A DNA stretch of 64,000 bases from Octopus vulgaris (taxonomy: Eukaryota), in contig OX597832.1 in NCBI GenBank assembly GCA_951406725.2, forward strand, positions 29,884,001 to 29,948,000, read 5' to 3'. The notes beneath the pieces were generated by a model. The model had not been told where the DNA came from and did not search any database. It worked only from the letters and a program-made list of their open reading frames with translations. The position numbers and the translations under genes were made by a program. How positions within the stretch are numbered: the stretch's first letter is position 1; the number at the start of each line of letters is the position of its first letter. Shown in pieces: positions 25,170-38,347 of this stretch.

Positions 25170-25652
25170 GTAGGTTGTTGTCACTCTTTCACTCTCTTTT
25201 TGATTTGTTTCAAGAATTCTATACTTCTTACAAGATACAGGTATAAATATATACACACTCACATTATCTATATATATATCTATATATATATATTTCTATA
25301 TTTATATCTATATATATATATATAAATTTAAATTTAAAATAATAAGGGTGGTAAGTTGAATATTAATTTGATTAATATCAATTTAAAACCCGTGGTCTAG
25401 CATATTTTAAAATCTGAAATTTCGGGAAAAATGATAATACATACATATAAAAGTGATGACCTGTAAGTGGACATCCATATGCTAGAAGAAGATCTGCTAT
25501 GCTCTTACCACTAAGAAAGGAATGTTCTCAAGAAATATATAAATTTTCTTGAGAACATTCCCTTCTTAGTGGTAAGACCATAGCGGATCTTCTTCTAGCA
25601 TAATGGTTGCCCACTTACAGGTCATCCCTTTTTTGTTTTCTTGTTTGGATTA

Positions 25653-25697
<45 letters not shown>

Positions 25698-25796
25698 AAT
25701 ATAAAAAAACAAAGAACAAACACAAGAAAAAAAGACAACAAGAGGATGTGGTACATGCAAAGTGTTAGCAGATGCTCAGGGAAGGAAAGAAAGGTA

Positions 25797-25831
25797 GTTT
25801 TACATTTCGAGCAAAGCTCTTCTTCAGAAAC
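25797..25831 (-). ncRNA. Minimal hammerhead ribozyme motif in a Penelope-like remnant (about 25694-25900)
   Basis: Reverse complement: guuu CUGAAGA a gagc[uuu]gcuc GAAAU GUA aaac. Confidence 0.7.
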
Positions 25832-25900
25832 AGGATACATAGAAAAGTCCAAGAGAAAAGGAAGATGGAGGAAAAAAATCGCCAACGATTCACAGGTGCT

Positions 25901-25945
<45 letters not shown>

Positions 25946-26169
25946 CACCTGTCTTCGTCTTTTGTTTTTTTCGTAAATGTTAATTTTATTTAGTTTTTAG
26001 AATTTTCTTTCATATTGATTTCAAATTTTTGCACAAGGCGAGTAAGTTTAGGAAAGGGATTAAATCGATTACATTGACACCCCCCCCCCTCCAATGATTA
26101 ACTGATATTTATTTTACTTATTTTATTGACCCTGAAAGGATGAAAGGCAAAGCAACCCTGCAAAGAATT

Positions 26170-26498
26170 ATGCAAACTGGCTCCTGTGCTGGTGGCTCGT
26201 AAAAAGCACCATTCAAGCGTGGTCGATGCCTGTGCCGCCTGACTGACTCTCATGCTTGTGGTATGTAAAAAGCACCATTTGAGCGTGGTCAATGCTTGTG
26301 CCACCTGACTGGTGGCAAAAAAACACCCACTACACCCTCGGAGTGGTTGGCATTAGGAAAGGCATCCAGCTGTAGAAACTTAGCCAGATCAGATTGGAGC
26401 CTGGTGCAGCCATCTGGTTCGCCAGTCCCCAGTCAAACCATCCGACCCATGCCAGCATAGAAAGCGGACGTAAAACGATGATGATGACAATGATGATG
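26170..26498 (+). mobile_element. (GAT)n-tailed retroposon copy
   Basis: ggcattaggaaaggcatccagctgtagaaac...taaaacgatgatgatg. Confidence 0.7.
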
Positions 26499-26817
26499 CT
26501 TCTTCCTCTTGACAAACCAATAAGATAGAATTCTGGCCTTTATAAAAGATCAAACTGAGTCTTACTCCCAAACGCGTTCTTACTTTAATAATAGAAGTTC
26601 AAAATGGAAGAAGAATAAACCAGGAACAGGGCATAAAACAATCTAAAGACTTTTGACTATACTGTGTGACAGCGTTTATGAATTTTAATTTCCATGAAAT
26701 ATTGTCAAAAAAGAAAGCTTTTTTTTCTGTAAATCGTTTTCCTGACATGTTGCAAAACTTTAAAGACAAATCACTAAAAACATGTAAATTGATTTTTTTT
26801 TTGTTTCTTGTCCAAAG

Positions 26818-27033
26818 CATCAACTCGAACCACATATATTGTGGTCAGCGATGACCCAATGGCGTGTGTGGTAGAAGGGAAGAGATACGTGCTTGGTCGC
26901 CCTTTCAGCTTTGAACGTGGTTGTTTCGAATACAACTGTGACTGTAATAGGGACGGATCGTGGGAATGCTCTTCGCAAAAGAGCGAATATATTTGTGATC
27001 ATGATGGAAATCGCAAACAAGAACATACAACAG
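26818..27033 (+). CDS. Diverged B-type exon (B14, 216 nt)
   Basis: poly-T tract, ccaaag|CATCAACT...ACAACAG|gtaaaa; AAG acceptor less typical. Confidence 0.82.
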
Positions 27034-27114
27034 GTAAAATAAAATATCGTTAAACCTCGTTAATTTTTCTTGATTTGTTTTAAATGACTTGTGTCTTCTG
27101 ATCCTTATGAAGAT

Positions 27115-27611
27115 ATTGCCAGTGGCACGTAAAAAGCACCAACTGATCATGGCCGTTGCCAGCCACCCCTGGCACCTGTGCCGGTGGCACCTAAAAGAGC
27201 ACCATCCATACGTGGCTGATGCCAGCGCCGCCTTGATTGGCTTCTGTGCCAGTGGCACGTAAAAAGCACCAACCAATCATGGCCGTTGCCAGCCTCCCCT
27301 GGCACCTGATAAAGCACCATCCGTACATGGCTGATGCCAGCACTGCCTTAACTGGCTTCCATGCCAGTGGCACGTAAAAAGCACCAACTGATCATGGCTG
27401 TTGTCAGCCTCACCTGGCACCTGTGCGGGTGGCACGTAAAAAGCACCCACTACACTCACGGAGTGGTTGGTATTAGAAAGGGCATCCAGCTGTAGAAACA
27501 CTGACAGATCAGACTGGAGCCTGGTGCAGCCTCCTGGCTTCCCAGACCCCAGTCGAACCGTCCAACCCAAGCCAGCATGGAAAACGGACATTAAACGATG
27601 ATGATGATGAT
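27115..27611 (+). mobile_element. (GAT)n-tailed retroposon copy with internal tandem modules
   Basis: Repeated gtggcacgtaaaaagcacc modules, then family core and (gat)n. Confidence 0.7.
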
Positions 27612-27783
27612 ATTGCCTTTTCCATCTTAGTTCTTTCTCATGTTGCCAACAAACATTTTCTCATCTGTTAGGGTTCTCTTCGGTTTTGATTATATTGTCA
27701 TAAAACTGCAGCCCTCAAACGAATTCATTTTTCTTTGCTGTTAGAAATATCATCTCTACATTGTCTGGCTTTCAATGTGCCTT

Positions 27784-27793
<10 letters not shown>

Positions 27794-27869
<76 letters not shown>
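27794..27869. repeat. (CT)n microsatellite
   Basis: Seen directly. Confidence 0.95.
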
Positions 27870-27872
<3 letters not shown>

Positions 27873-28474
27873 CCCTCTGACTAGGTAACCAAGTATCACC
27901 TTTACATCAGCCTACCTGTTTCTGTCCACTTTCTTGTACCTCTCTCTCTCTCTCTCTCTCTGCTTCTCTCTTCCTCTCACTCTCTTTCTCTTCCCCTCTC
28001 TTCTCTCTTTCTCTCGCTGGGTACCTATGTACCTCCTGTCACGCTCTCACCTTTCATCCACTGACACAAGTTCCCTTCCTCCAGTGGCCCCGACCCTCTC
28101 AAAATTCCTTGTCTTACAAGTTACTCGGTGACCCTGCCAGTGCTGGTGTCACATAAAAAGCAACCAGTCTACACTGTAGAATGGTTGGCATTTGGAAAGG
28201 CATCCATCTGTAAAAATCATGCCAAAACTGACCTCACCTGTGCTAGTGCCACATAAAAAGCACTGAGTCCACTCTGCGGAGTGGTTGGTGTCAGGAAGGG
28301 CATCCAGGTGTAAAGACCCTGCCAAAACAGACACAGTGGCCTGGGGTAGTCTTCTACCTGGCCGGCTCCTATCAACCGTCCTACCCATGCATGCACGGAA
28401 GATGGACGTTAAATGATGACGATGAGGATGAGCGGCTTTTGTTGGTTCTAGCTAAGGAGAAACTGGTGGGAGGA

Positions 28475-28925
<451 letters not shown>

Positions 28926-28980
28926 TGTGTATTATTTCGTTAAATTTGTTTCATTTCCAATCCTATGGTTTCCATTTCAG

Positions 28981-31900
28981 AATGTCACGACTGCGTTGTA
29001 AGAGGGAAAATAATCTCAAGTGGAAGACGCTTTAGTTTTGAAGACGGTTGCTTAGAATTCCACTGTCATTGTAGATGTGATGGTTCTTACTACTGCCCTG
29101 CATCCCAAACAGTTTCCAAGTGTTCGACCTGTCAAAACTGTACGGTCGATGGTATGAAGTATGCTGGTGGCATTGGTTTTAAACGCCGCATCGACTGTGA
29201 AGCCATAAGCTGCTTTTGTCATTGCAATGGAACATATATCTGCTATCCAGAACAGACCATGCAGTTACCCTGTAACACAGACATTGCCCATACAGGAACT
29301 CCAAAACCTACACAATCAGTTCCTTATACATTGTCAGGCACACTGAAACCTATAAAAGGTCCTGACCATCCTGTTGTTGGCGGAATTTCTCAGAGTTACG
29401 TCTCACCAACTCCACCTTCGTTGGGGACAGTCTCTCCTCCGCACAAGGAAGCAAACAAAGTGGACCTGAGTCTCATTAACGAAACTGAGGTTCATCATGA
29501 TATCGAAGTCAAAGCTGATTCGTCGATCGCTATACAAGGGGCACGTTTAGTCCACAGCAAGAATGAAACTCAACTAAAGTTTGGAAATGGGACATTTTCT
29601 ATTCATAGAACGATTTCAACCTCGGATAATGATACAGTTTTAACAACCAACTCTGACACTTGCCAAATATGCCATGTTTATAGTAAGGTCCACAGAGGTA
29701 ACACACAATTCCGTTTCATTGAAGGATGCTATGAATATCTTTGCAATTGTTATTGTGATGGCAGCTGGACCTGTCCAGATAATCTGAGTGTTAATACCTG
29801 CAAGAAGAAGAAGCTGACTTGCGTCGTTGATGGACGTAGTTATAGATTAAACACAACATTTATCAAGCAAATCGACTCCTGTACTGAACAAACCTGCAAC
29901 TGCAATATTGATGGCAGCTTCCATTGCTTGGAAGACTCTGTGGTAGATGTTTGCAGGCAAGCACCAGCTTGCCGCTTGTGCAGTGTTCGAGGGAAAATCA
30001 TTCAACCTAAAACTAATTTCCAACTAAGAGAAGGTTGTTTTAAATATAAATGCCAATGTAACTGTGATGGTGGCTGGAATTGTCCAAAGGAGACGGCAGT
30101 AAATCTTTGTAAAAGAAATAATAAGTGCATCCGATGCAATGCCTATGGCACCACAGCGGCACCGAACAGCAACTTTGAGTTAGAAAAAGACTGTATTAGG
30201 TATCAATGTCGATGCAACTGCGATGGCAGCTGGAATTGTCCAGGTGAAACAGCCGTTAGAATTTGCGGAAATAAGTGTATCAGATGCAATGCCAAAGGCA
30301 CAATCGCAGAACCAGATTCTGATTTTATTTTGCGACAGGATTGCATGAAATATCAGTGTAGATGCAACTGTGATGGAAGCTGGAATTGTCCAAGAGAGAA
30401 AACCTTAAATGTATGCAACATGGATGAAAGAACTGGTTGCTATTATTGTGATGTAAAAGGAGACAGAAAAAATGGTAATTCCCGATTTGAACTGAAAGAA
30501 GGTTGCTATAGATACCAATGCAGATGTAATTGCGATGGAAGTTGGAACTGCCCGGCTGAAACCGCAGTTAACGAGTGTCCTGCCAAATGTCATCAATGCG
30601 ATGTGCGTGGAGCTAAGCACGAACCAAACACACGATTCTCTCTACAAGACGGCTGTATTAAATATGATTGCATCTGTAATTGTGATGGAGGTTGGAGGTG
30701 TCCGACTGGGGTTGACACATGTAATACCGATCCAGAAACCGGCTGCCATTATTGTGACGTAAGAGGAGAAAAGAAAAAAGGGCACACCCGTTTTGAACTG
30801 GAGGAAAATTGTTATAAATTCCAATGCGCATGCAATTGTGATGGTAGCTGGAAATGTCCGGCAGCAACCGCTATAAATATATGCCAACAAAACAAGACGA
30901 CATGCATAAATTGCGTAATATCTGGAAAAAGTTATCAAAGCAACATTGCATTCACCCGCGATGTAGATTGCTATAGATATCGATGTTTTTGTAACTGTGA
31001 TGGAAGCTGGAACTGCCCTGCGGAAAGTGCAGAGTTTATTTGTAATGAACCTTCGAGAGGAAATTGTCGACAATGTAATGCAAAGGGTAAGGTTTATGCA
31101 GGAAATACAGAATTTCAACATGAAGAAAATTGCTATAGATACAAATGTAAATGCAACTGCGATGGAAGCTGGAATTGTCCTGCTGAAAATGCAAAATATA
31201 TTTGTGATGCAAGCACTGGAAATTGCAAACAATGTAATGCAAAGGGTAAGGTTTATGCAGGAAATACAGAATTTCAACATGAAGAAAACTGCTATAGATA
31301 CGATTGTAAATGCAACTGCGATGGAAGCTGGAATTGTCCTGCTGAAAATGCAAAATATATTTGTGGTGCAAGCACTGGAAATTGCAAACAATGTGATGCA
31401 AAGGGTAAGGTTTATGCAGGAAATACAGAATTTCAACATGAAGAAAATTGCTATAGATACAAATGTAAATGCAACTGCGATGGAAGCTGGAATTGTCCTG
31501 CTGAAAATGCAAAATATATTTGTGGTGCAAGCACTGGAAATTGCAAACAATGTGATGCAAAGGGTAAGGTTTATGCAGGAAATACAGAATTTCAACATGA
31601 AGAAAACTGCTATAGATACGATTGTAAATGCAACTGCGATGGAAGCTGGAATTGTCCTGCTGAAAATGCAAAATATATTTGTGGTGCAAGCACTGGAAAT
31701 TGCAAACAATGTGATGCAAAGGGTAAGGTTTATGCAGGAAATACAGAATTTCAACATGAAGAAAACTGCTATAGATACGATTGTAAATGCAACTGCGATG
31801 GAAGCTGGAATTGTCCTGCTGAAAATGCAAAATATATTTGTGGTGCAAGCACTGGAAATTGCAAACAATGTGATGCAAAGGGTAAGGTTTATGCAGGAAA

Positions 31901-34900
31901 TACAGAATTTCAACATGAAGAAAACTGCTATAGATACGATTGTAAATGCAACTGCGATGGAAGCTGGAATTGTCCTGCTGAAAATGCAAAATATATTTGT
32001 GGTGCAAGCACTGGAAATTGCCAACAATGTGATGTAAAAGGCAAGGTTTATGCAGGAAATTCAGAATTTCAATACGAAGAAAATTGCTATAGATACGATT
32101 GTAAATGCAACTGTGATGGAAGCTGGAATTGTCCTGCCGAAAATGCAAAATATGTTTGTGGTGCAAGCACTGGAAATTGCCAACAATGTGATGCAAAGGG
32201 TAAAATCATTAAAGGAAATACAGAATTTCAACATGAAGAAAATTGTTATAGATATCAATGTAAATGCAATTGTGATGGAAGCTGGAATTGTCCTGCCCAT
32301 AATGCAAAATATATTTGTGGTGAACAAAGAGAAAATTGCCGACAATGTAATGCAAAGGGTAGGATTTATGCAGGAAATACCGAATTTCATCATGAAGAAA
32401 ATTGTTATAGATACAGATGTAAATGCAACTGTGATGGAAGCTGGAATTGTCCTGCTGAAAATGCAGAATATATTTGTGGTGCCAGCACAGGAAATTGCCA
32501 ACAATGTGATGCAAAGGGTAAAATCGTTGAAGGAAATACAGAATTTCAACACGAAGAAAATTGCTATAGATACGATTGTAAATGCAACTGTGATGGAAGC
32601 TGGAATTGTCCTTCCCATAATGCAGAATATATCTGTGGTGACTCCTCAATTCCTCAATCTGACAGATCTTGTGCAACATGTAGATTAGGGAATGAAGTAC
32701 ATCAAGAAAACACAGCCGTCATAGTTAATAACTTCTGCTATCATTATTTGTGCCACTGTCTCTGCAATGGAACTTGGAATTGTCCAAATGACAAAATCAT
32801 AAACCGCTGTTCATCTGTAAATCAATATCCCTGCCCTGGTGAAAAGAAAAAGTGCTTAGCTAATAGAGTGGAATATTCTCCGGGCATTAGCTTCTATCAG
32901 GAAGATAACTGTGAAAAACATTTGTGTACATGTCAATGCAACGGAAGTATAAACTGCTTTCAAAGAACGGCAATGCCTAACTGCACAGTTAATAAGTCAC
33001 CTCAATGCAAGGATTGTATCAAACAAGGTAAGTTCTATAGAGGAAACTCTATGTTCCATTACCAATATGGCTGTTTCAAATACACGTGCTCTTGTGGTTG
33101 CGATGGCGAAATAGTGTGCCCCAGAGATAAAAGGGTTGATATTTGCGCTGCGAATAGAGATGCTCCAACCCAATCCCCAAGCTGTAGGGATTGTAGAGTA
33201 AACAATGAAACGTATAAAGGAAATACAAGATTTACTTATCAGCGCCATTGCATGCGCTATCAGTGCACGTGTTCGTGCGATGGAAAATGGCAATGTCCGA
33301 CAGAGACTGCAGTAGATACATGTAATAATCAAACACAGGTTACTGTAGCACCGCTAAATAATACCAATTGCCGGAGCTGCTTTATCAAGCATAATTCTTA
33401 CAAGGGAAATACGGTTTTTTTCCTAAATAACGCCTGCTATCGCTACCGCTGTAAATGTAGTTGTGACGGTAGCTGGGAATGTCCAACTGGAACGGCTGTT
33501 GACATTTGTCATGGATTACAAGGTCAGTCTGATAGAAAATGTACCAACTGTAATGTTAGAGGTCAGTTGTATAAGGGAGGTGAGGAATTTGATTTATTAG
33601 AGGCCTGCTTCAAATTCAAGTGCTCTTGTGATTGTGAGGGGAATTGGAAATGCCCGTCTCAGCAGCCTGAAAACGTATGCAATCACGAAGAACCATTACG
33701 CGAAACCTGTCTGCAATGTGAAGTAAAAGGCAAAAAATATCCAGGTAACCAATGGTTCACTTATAAGCAGGGATGTCGGCGCTTCCAGTGCAAATGCCGT
33801 TGCAATGGTAACTGGCATTGTCCCAAGCACCTAACGGCTAACGTTTGCAGTGTAGTTAAAGATAAAGTGAAGTCTGATGGTACCTGCAGAAGCTGCATTG
33901 TGCGAGGAAATAAATACGCTGGAGATAGTTTCTTCTCTTTCGATCGAAATTGTTTGCGCTTCCGCTGTTCATGCAATTGTGACGGCACGTGGAACTGTCT
34001 TGCCGGGCCTGCCATTCATATTTGCACAAGAAGGCGTTTAATTGGTTTCTGCAAAAAATGTTACCTTGGAGAAAAAGTTATTGAGGGCAACTCAACTTTT
34101 GAATATGATTTCGGTTGTACTAGGTATCAATGTAAGTGTTTCTGTGATGGTAAATTTTTCTGCCCTGGAGATAGAACGCAACCAATATGTGGTAACGATT
34201 CTCTTCCAGACACCGGTGTTGAAAGTACAAAACCTTCAAATGTTTGCCAAAATTGCACCTTAAATGATAAATCTTTTCTTGGCAATAGTAATTTCCGCTA
34301 TACCCTCAACTGCTTTCAGTATGAATGTACCTGCGGTTGTGATGGAACCTGGGCGTGTCCCCCTGAAAGATCTATAAACATCTGTGCCAAAAGCAAGCTA
34401 ACAGATTGCAACCAATGTATCATAAATGGGTACCATTATAAGGGTAACAGCCAGTTTAGCCGTCAAGTTGACTGTTTTGAATACACCTGTACATGTTACT
34501 GCAATGGGTCATGGGTGTGCCCCGCTGAAAAGGCACGCTACATCTGCGGAGACCAATGCCAAAGCTGTTTAGTGAATGGTAATGTCTATCGGGGAGAAAG
34601 TTCAAATGTCATTCAGAAAGGATGTAAGAAAATGGAATGTTTTTGCTCATGCAATGGTTCCTGGTCCTGTGAAGTTCTAAGCGACACATGCATCCCCCCA
34701 TCTAGTGTACGGGTGCCGCAGGGAAGATGTAGACCCTGTTCACTGCACGGAAAAATTTACGAAGGAAACACTTGGTTTAGTAGAATTGAAGGCTGTTTGG
34801 AAAAAAGTTGTAAGTGCAACTGCAACGGACGCTGGACTTGCGAAAATGATAACGTTAAAAACCTGTGTAATAGTAATTCTACAACAGAATCTCCTTCTCC

Positions 34901-34971
34901 TTCTTCTCATCCTCCTCATCCTCCTCCTTCCACAACAGTTTTAACCAAGACTTATGATGCACGCTTTATAG
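28981..34971 (+). CDS. Giant 5991-nt exon encoding 34 Cys-rich modules (mostly 8-Cys CxxC...CxCxC type) plus a Pro/Ser/Thr-rich linker
   Basis: tttcag|AATGTCAC...TTTATAG|gtaagt; phase 1-1, length divisible by 3; lies within the 2056-aa ORF 28965-35135. Confidence 0.93.
31062..32640 (+). repeat. Coding tandem repeat, 10 x 159 bp (53 aa)
   Basis: NCKQCDAKGKVYAGNTEFQHEENCYRYDCKCNCDGSWNCPAENAKYICGASTG repeated. Confidence 0.95.
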
Positions 34972-35023
34972 GTAAGTCTTTCCTCATGTATTGCCTCACA
35001 TATTATTATTGTTACTACTACTA

Positions 35024-35076
<53 letters not shown>

Positions 35077-35293
35077 TTTTTTTTCTTCTTTCAAATTTGC
35101 TTCCATTTCTTGCCGAGTGTCTTCCTGACTCCTAGGGCAAAGAAACTCATAGTATACATTGGTAGGCCATTAAACTAAACTCAATAGTTCGTTCATTTTT
35201 TTTTTAAGTTAAATTAAAATACATGGGTAGTAATAGTATATATGGGTAGTAATAGTATACATGGGTAGTAATATTATACATGGGTAGTAATAG

Positions 35294-35334
<41 letters not shown>

Positions 35335-35890
35335 TGAGTGAGAGAGCAGTGCTTACCATCAAAGTGAATTGGGGGGTAAAATATACGAAGCACAATATAC
35401 CCATCATGACTACCCGTCTGATAAAGGTACACCAGGCACATGCATCACAACCATATGTGCGCGACATGGTGATCTCATATCAAGATAAACAGCACATGAC
35501 CTTGCAGGTGGGGCCCAGTTAGAATTTTCTTCAGGTTGAGTAGCCCATCCCGCTCAAAAGGTCCCTGAATAAGGGTTGTTTAAGGATGTTGAAAGAACCA
35601 CCCATGTTTCCAGAGGTGAATTATTCAAACCCCAAAGAATCCCTCTCAACACATGGCTATGATGCTCCCCCACTACTTCTGCTCGTGATCAGAGATGCAC
35701 ATATCGTCAGTCACTAAGGGACATGCTCACTGGTTAAGGTCAAACAACTGAATAGCAAAATCTGTGGTGTTGCGCAGAATGTTTGCTGTAGCCCATCTTT
35801 TATACCAAGACAAAATAATGTACATGATAACACTTCCAATCAGTTAAGATCAGAAGCCATGAGAGCCACTGCCTGGTACTGCATCAGGGC

Positions 35891-35959
<69 letters not shown>

Positions 35960-36980
35960 TAAGGTGGTGAGCTGGGAGAGTTGTTAATGCACTGGACAAA
36001 ATGCTCAGCAGTATTTCGTAAAGGTGGTGAGCTGGCAGAAACGTTAGCACGCCGGGCAAAATGCATAGCCATATTTCATCCACCGTTACGTTCTGAGTTC
36101 AAATTGCGCCGAAGTCAACTTTACCTTTCATCCTTTCGGGGTCGATTAAATAAGAACTGGGGTCAATATAATCGACTTAATCCATTTGTCTGTCCTTGAT
36201 TGTCCCCTCTTATGTTTAGCCCCTTGTGGGTAATAAAGAAATCAGTATTTCGCCCATCACTATGTTCTGAGTACAAATTCCACCAAGGTTGACTTTACCT
36301 TTCATCCTTTCAGGGTCGATAAATTAAGTACTAGTGAAACACTGGGGTGGATGTAATCAACTCATCCCCTCCCCTAAAATTGCTGCCCTTGTGGCAAAAT
36401 TTGAAACCATTGTTATTATTATTATTGAGTGAGAGAGCAGTTCATGCCATCAAAGTGACACTGGGGTAAAATATACGAAGCCCAATATACCCATCATGAC
36501 TACCCGTCTGATAAGGGCACACCAGGCAAATGCATCACAACCATATGTGCGCGGCATGGTGATCTCATATCAAGATAAACTGCACATGACCTTGCAGGTG
36601 GGGCCCAGTTAGAATTTTCTTCAGGTTGAGTAGCCCATCCCACTCAAACGGTCCCTAAATAAGGGTTGTTTAAGGATGTTGAAAAACCCACCCATGTCTC
36701 CAGAGGTGAATTATTCAAACCCCAAAGAATCCCTCTCAACACATGGCTATGATGCTCCCCCACTACTTCTGCTTGTGATTAGAGATGCACATATCGTCAG
36801 CCACTAAGGGACATGCTCAACTGGTTAAGGTCAAATAACTGACAAGCAAATCTGTGGTATTGAGCAGAATATTTGCTGTAGCCCATCTTTTATACCAAGA
36901 CAAAACAATGTACATGATAACACTTCCAATCAGTTAAGATGAGAAGCCATGAGAGCCACTGTCTGGTACTGCATCAGGGC

Positions 36981-37011
<31 letters not shown>

Positions 37012-37472
37012 TTTAAGGTGGTGAGCTGGAAGAGTTGTTAATGCACTGGACAAAATGCTTAGCTGTATTTCGTAAAGGCAGCGAGCTGACAGAAATGTTA
37101 GCATGCCGGGCAAAATGCGTAGCCGTATTTCATCCGCCGTTACGTTCTGAGTTCAAATTGCGCCGAAGTCAACTTTACCTTTCATCCTTTCGGGGTCGAT
37201 TAAATAAGAACCAGTTATGCACTGGGGTCAATATAATCGACTTAATCCATTTGTCTGTCCTTGTTTGTCCCCTCTTATGTTTAGCCCCTTGTGAGTAGTA
37301 AAGAAATAGGTATTTCGCCCATCACTATGTTCTGAGTACAAATTCCACCAAGGTTGACTTTACCTTTCATCCTTTCGGGGTCGATAAAATAAGGATCAGT
37401 TGAATACTGGAGTCAATGTAATCAACTCATCCCCTCCCCTAAAATTGCTGCCCTTGTGGCAAAATTTGAAGC

Positions 37473-37529
<57 letters not shown>

Positions 37530-37530
37530 T
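35335..37530 (+). repeat. Tandem duplication (period about 1.09 kb) of a composite: ~560-bp (ATT)n-tailed element plus SINE pieces
   Basis: gagtgagagagcagt...gcatcagggcattt(att)n followed by the same SINE composite at about 35335 and 36426. Confidence 0.8.
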
Positions 37531-38347
37531 ATTATCATCATCTACCTCTTTGTCATGTCCTCTCAATAATATTTATAAAGAAATAACTTTTCTTTGCATT
37601 AAATAAAATGTTTATTTAATCCCAGACTTCGATGCCGAAACTGCTTCGTTGTTAAAAATGGTTTAGAGAAAGAGGAATTAATTCTAACTACAAAAAGTCA
37701 GACAAAGTTGTAATTCCAAGAACTGTCTGTGTGATACGTTTGTTTAGAGAGGCTCCCTCATGTTACGATATTTCAAATCTTCCTGTGACGCTCTAGAAAG
37801 TTATATCAATCAGCCCGTCTCCTTTGATTTGCGAATAACATTAAAATTATTGATGTTGTATCCAAGTAGACCACGAAATAGCAAAACAAAACTTCAAGGA
37901 ATTTGCTTTTTCATGCAAATAAAGACTATTGTTTTCTGCTCTAGGCACAAGGCCCAAAATTTTGGGGGAGGAGGAGGGCCAGTTGATTAGATCAACCCCA
38001 GTACTCAACTGGTACTTAATTTATCTGACCCCAAAAGGATGAAAGGCAAAATTGACCTCAGCAGAATTTGAACTCAGAAAGTAAAGACAGACAAACATTT
38101 CTGCTACCATTTCTGCCAGCTGACCGCCTTTGAACCTATTCATATTATTTGTGTCATTAATTATCATAGAAATACATTAAACAAAATTGTTTCCTTTAAT
38201 CATTATTTAATGGGTTCTGCAAGGGTCCTTAGATAGAGATATAAAAGGGTCCTTAGATAGAGATATAAAACAGAAGAAGCAGGATGACACAAAGAAACAA
38301 AAAAAATTAAAAATATAATTCTTATCAGGATATAAAATCCAAGTTTA

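Noticed and set aside
31062-32640. Metallothionein or zinc-finger interpretation of CxxC/CxCxC
   Set aside because: Even, covarying Cys counts, aromatic-rich strands, sequons and phase-1 exons fit an extracellular disulfide module better; not excluded experimentally.
30642-32688. Long antisense and alternate-frame ORFs (461, 386, 346, 212 aa)
   Set aside because: Shadows of the 159-bp repeat: a stop-free unit stays open when repeated.
28965-35135. 2056-aa ORF as a stand-alone single-exon gene
   Set aside because: The ATG lies in the acceptor region with no signal peptide, and the poly-Tyr tail is (ATT)n read-through after a strong GTAAGT donor; it is an internal exon.
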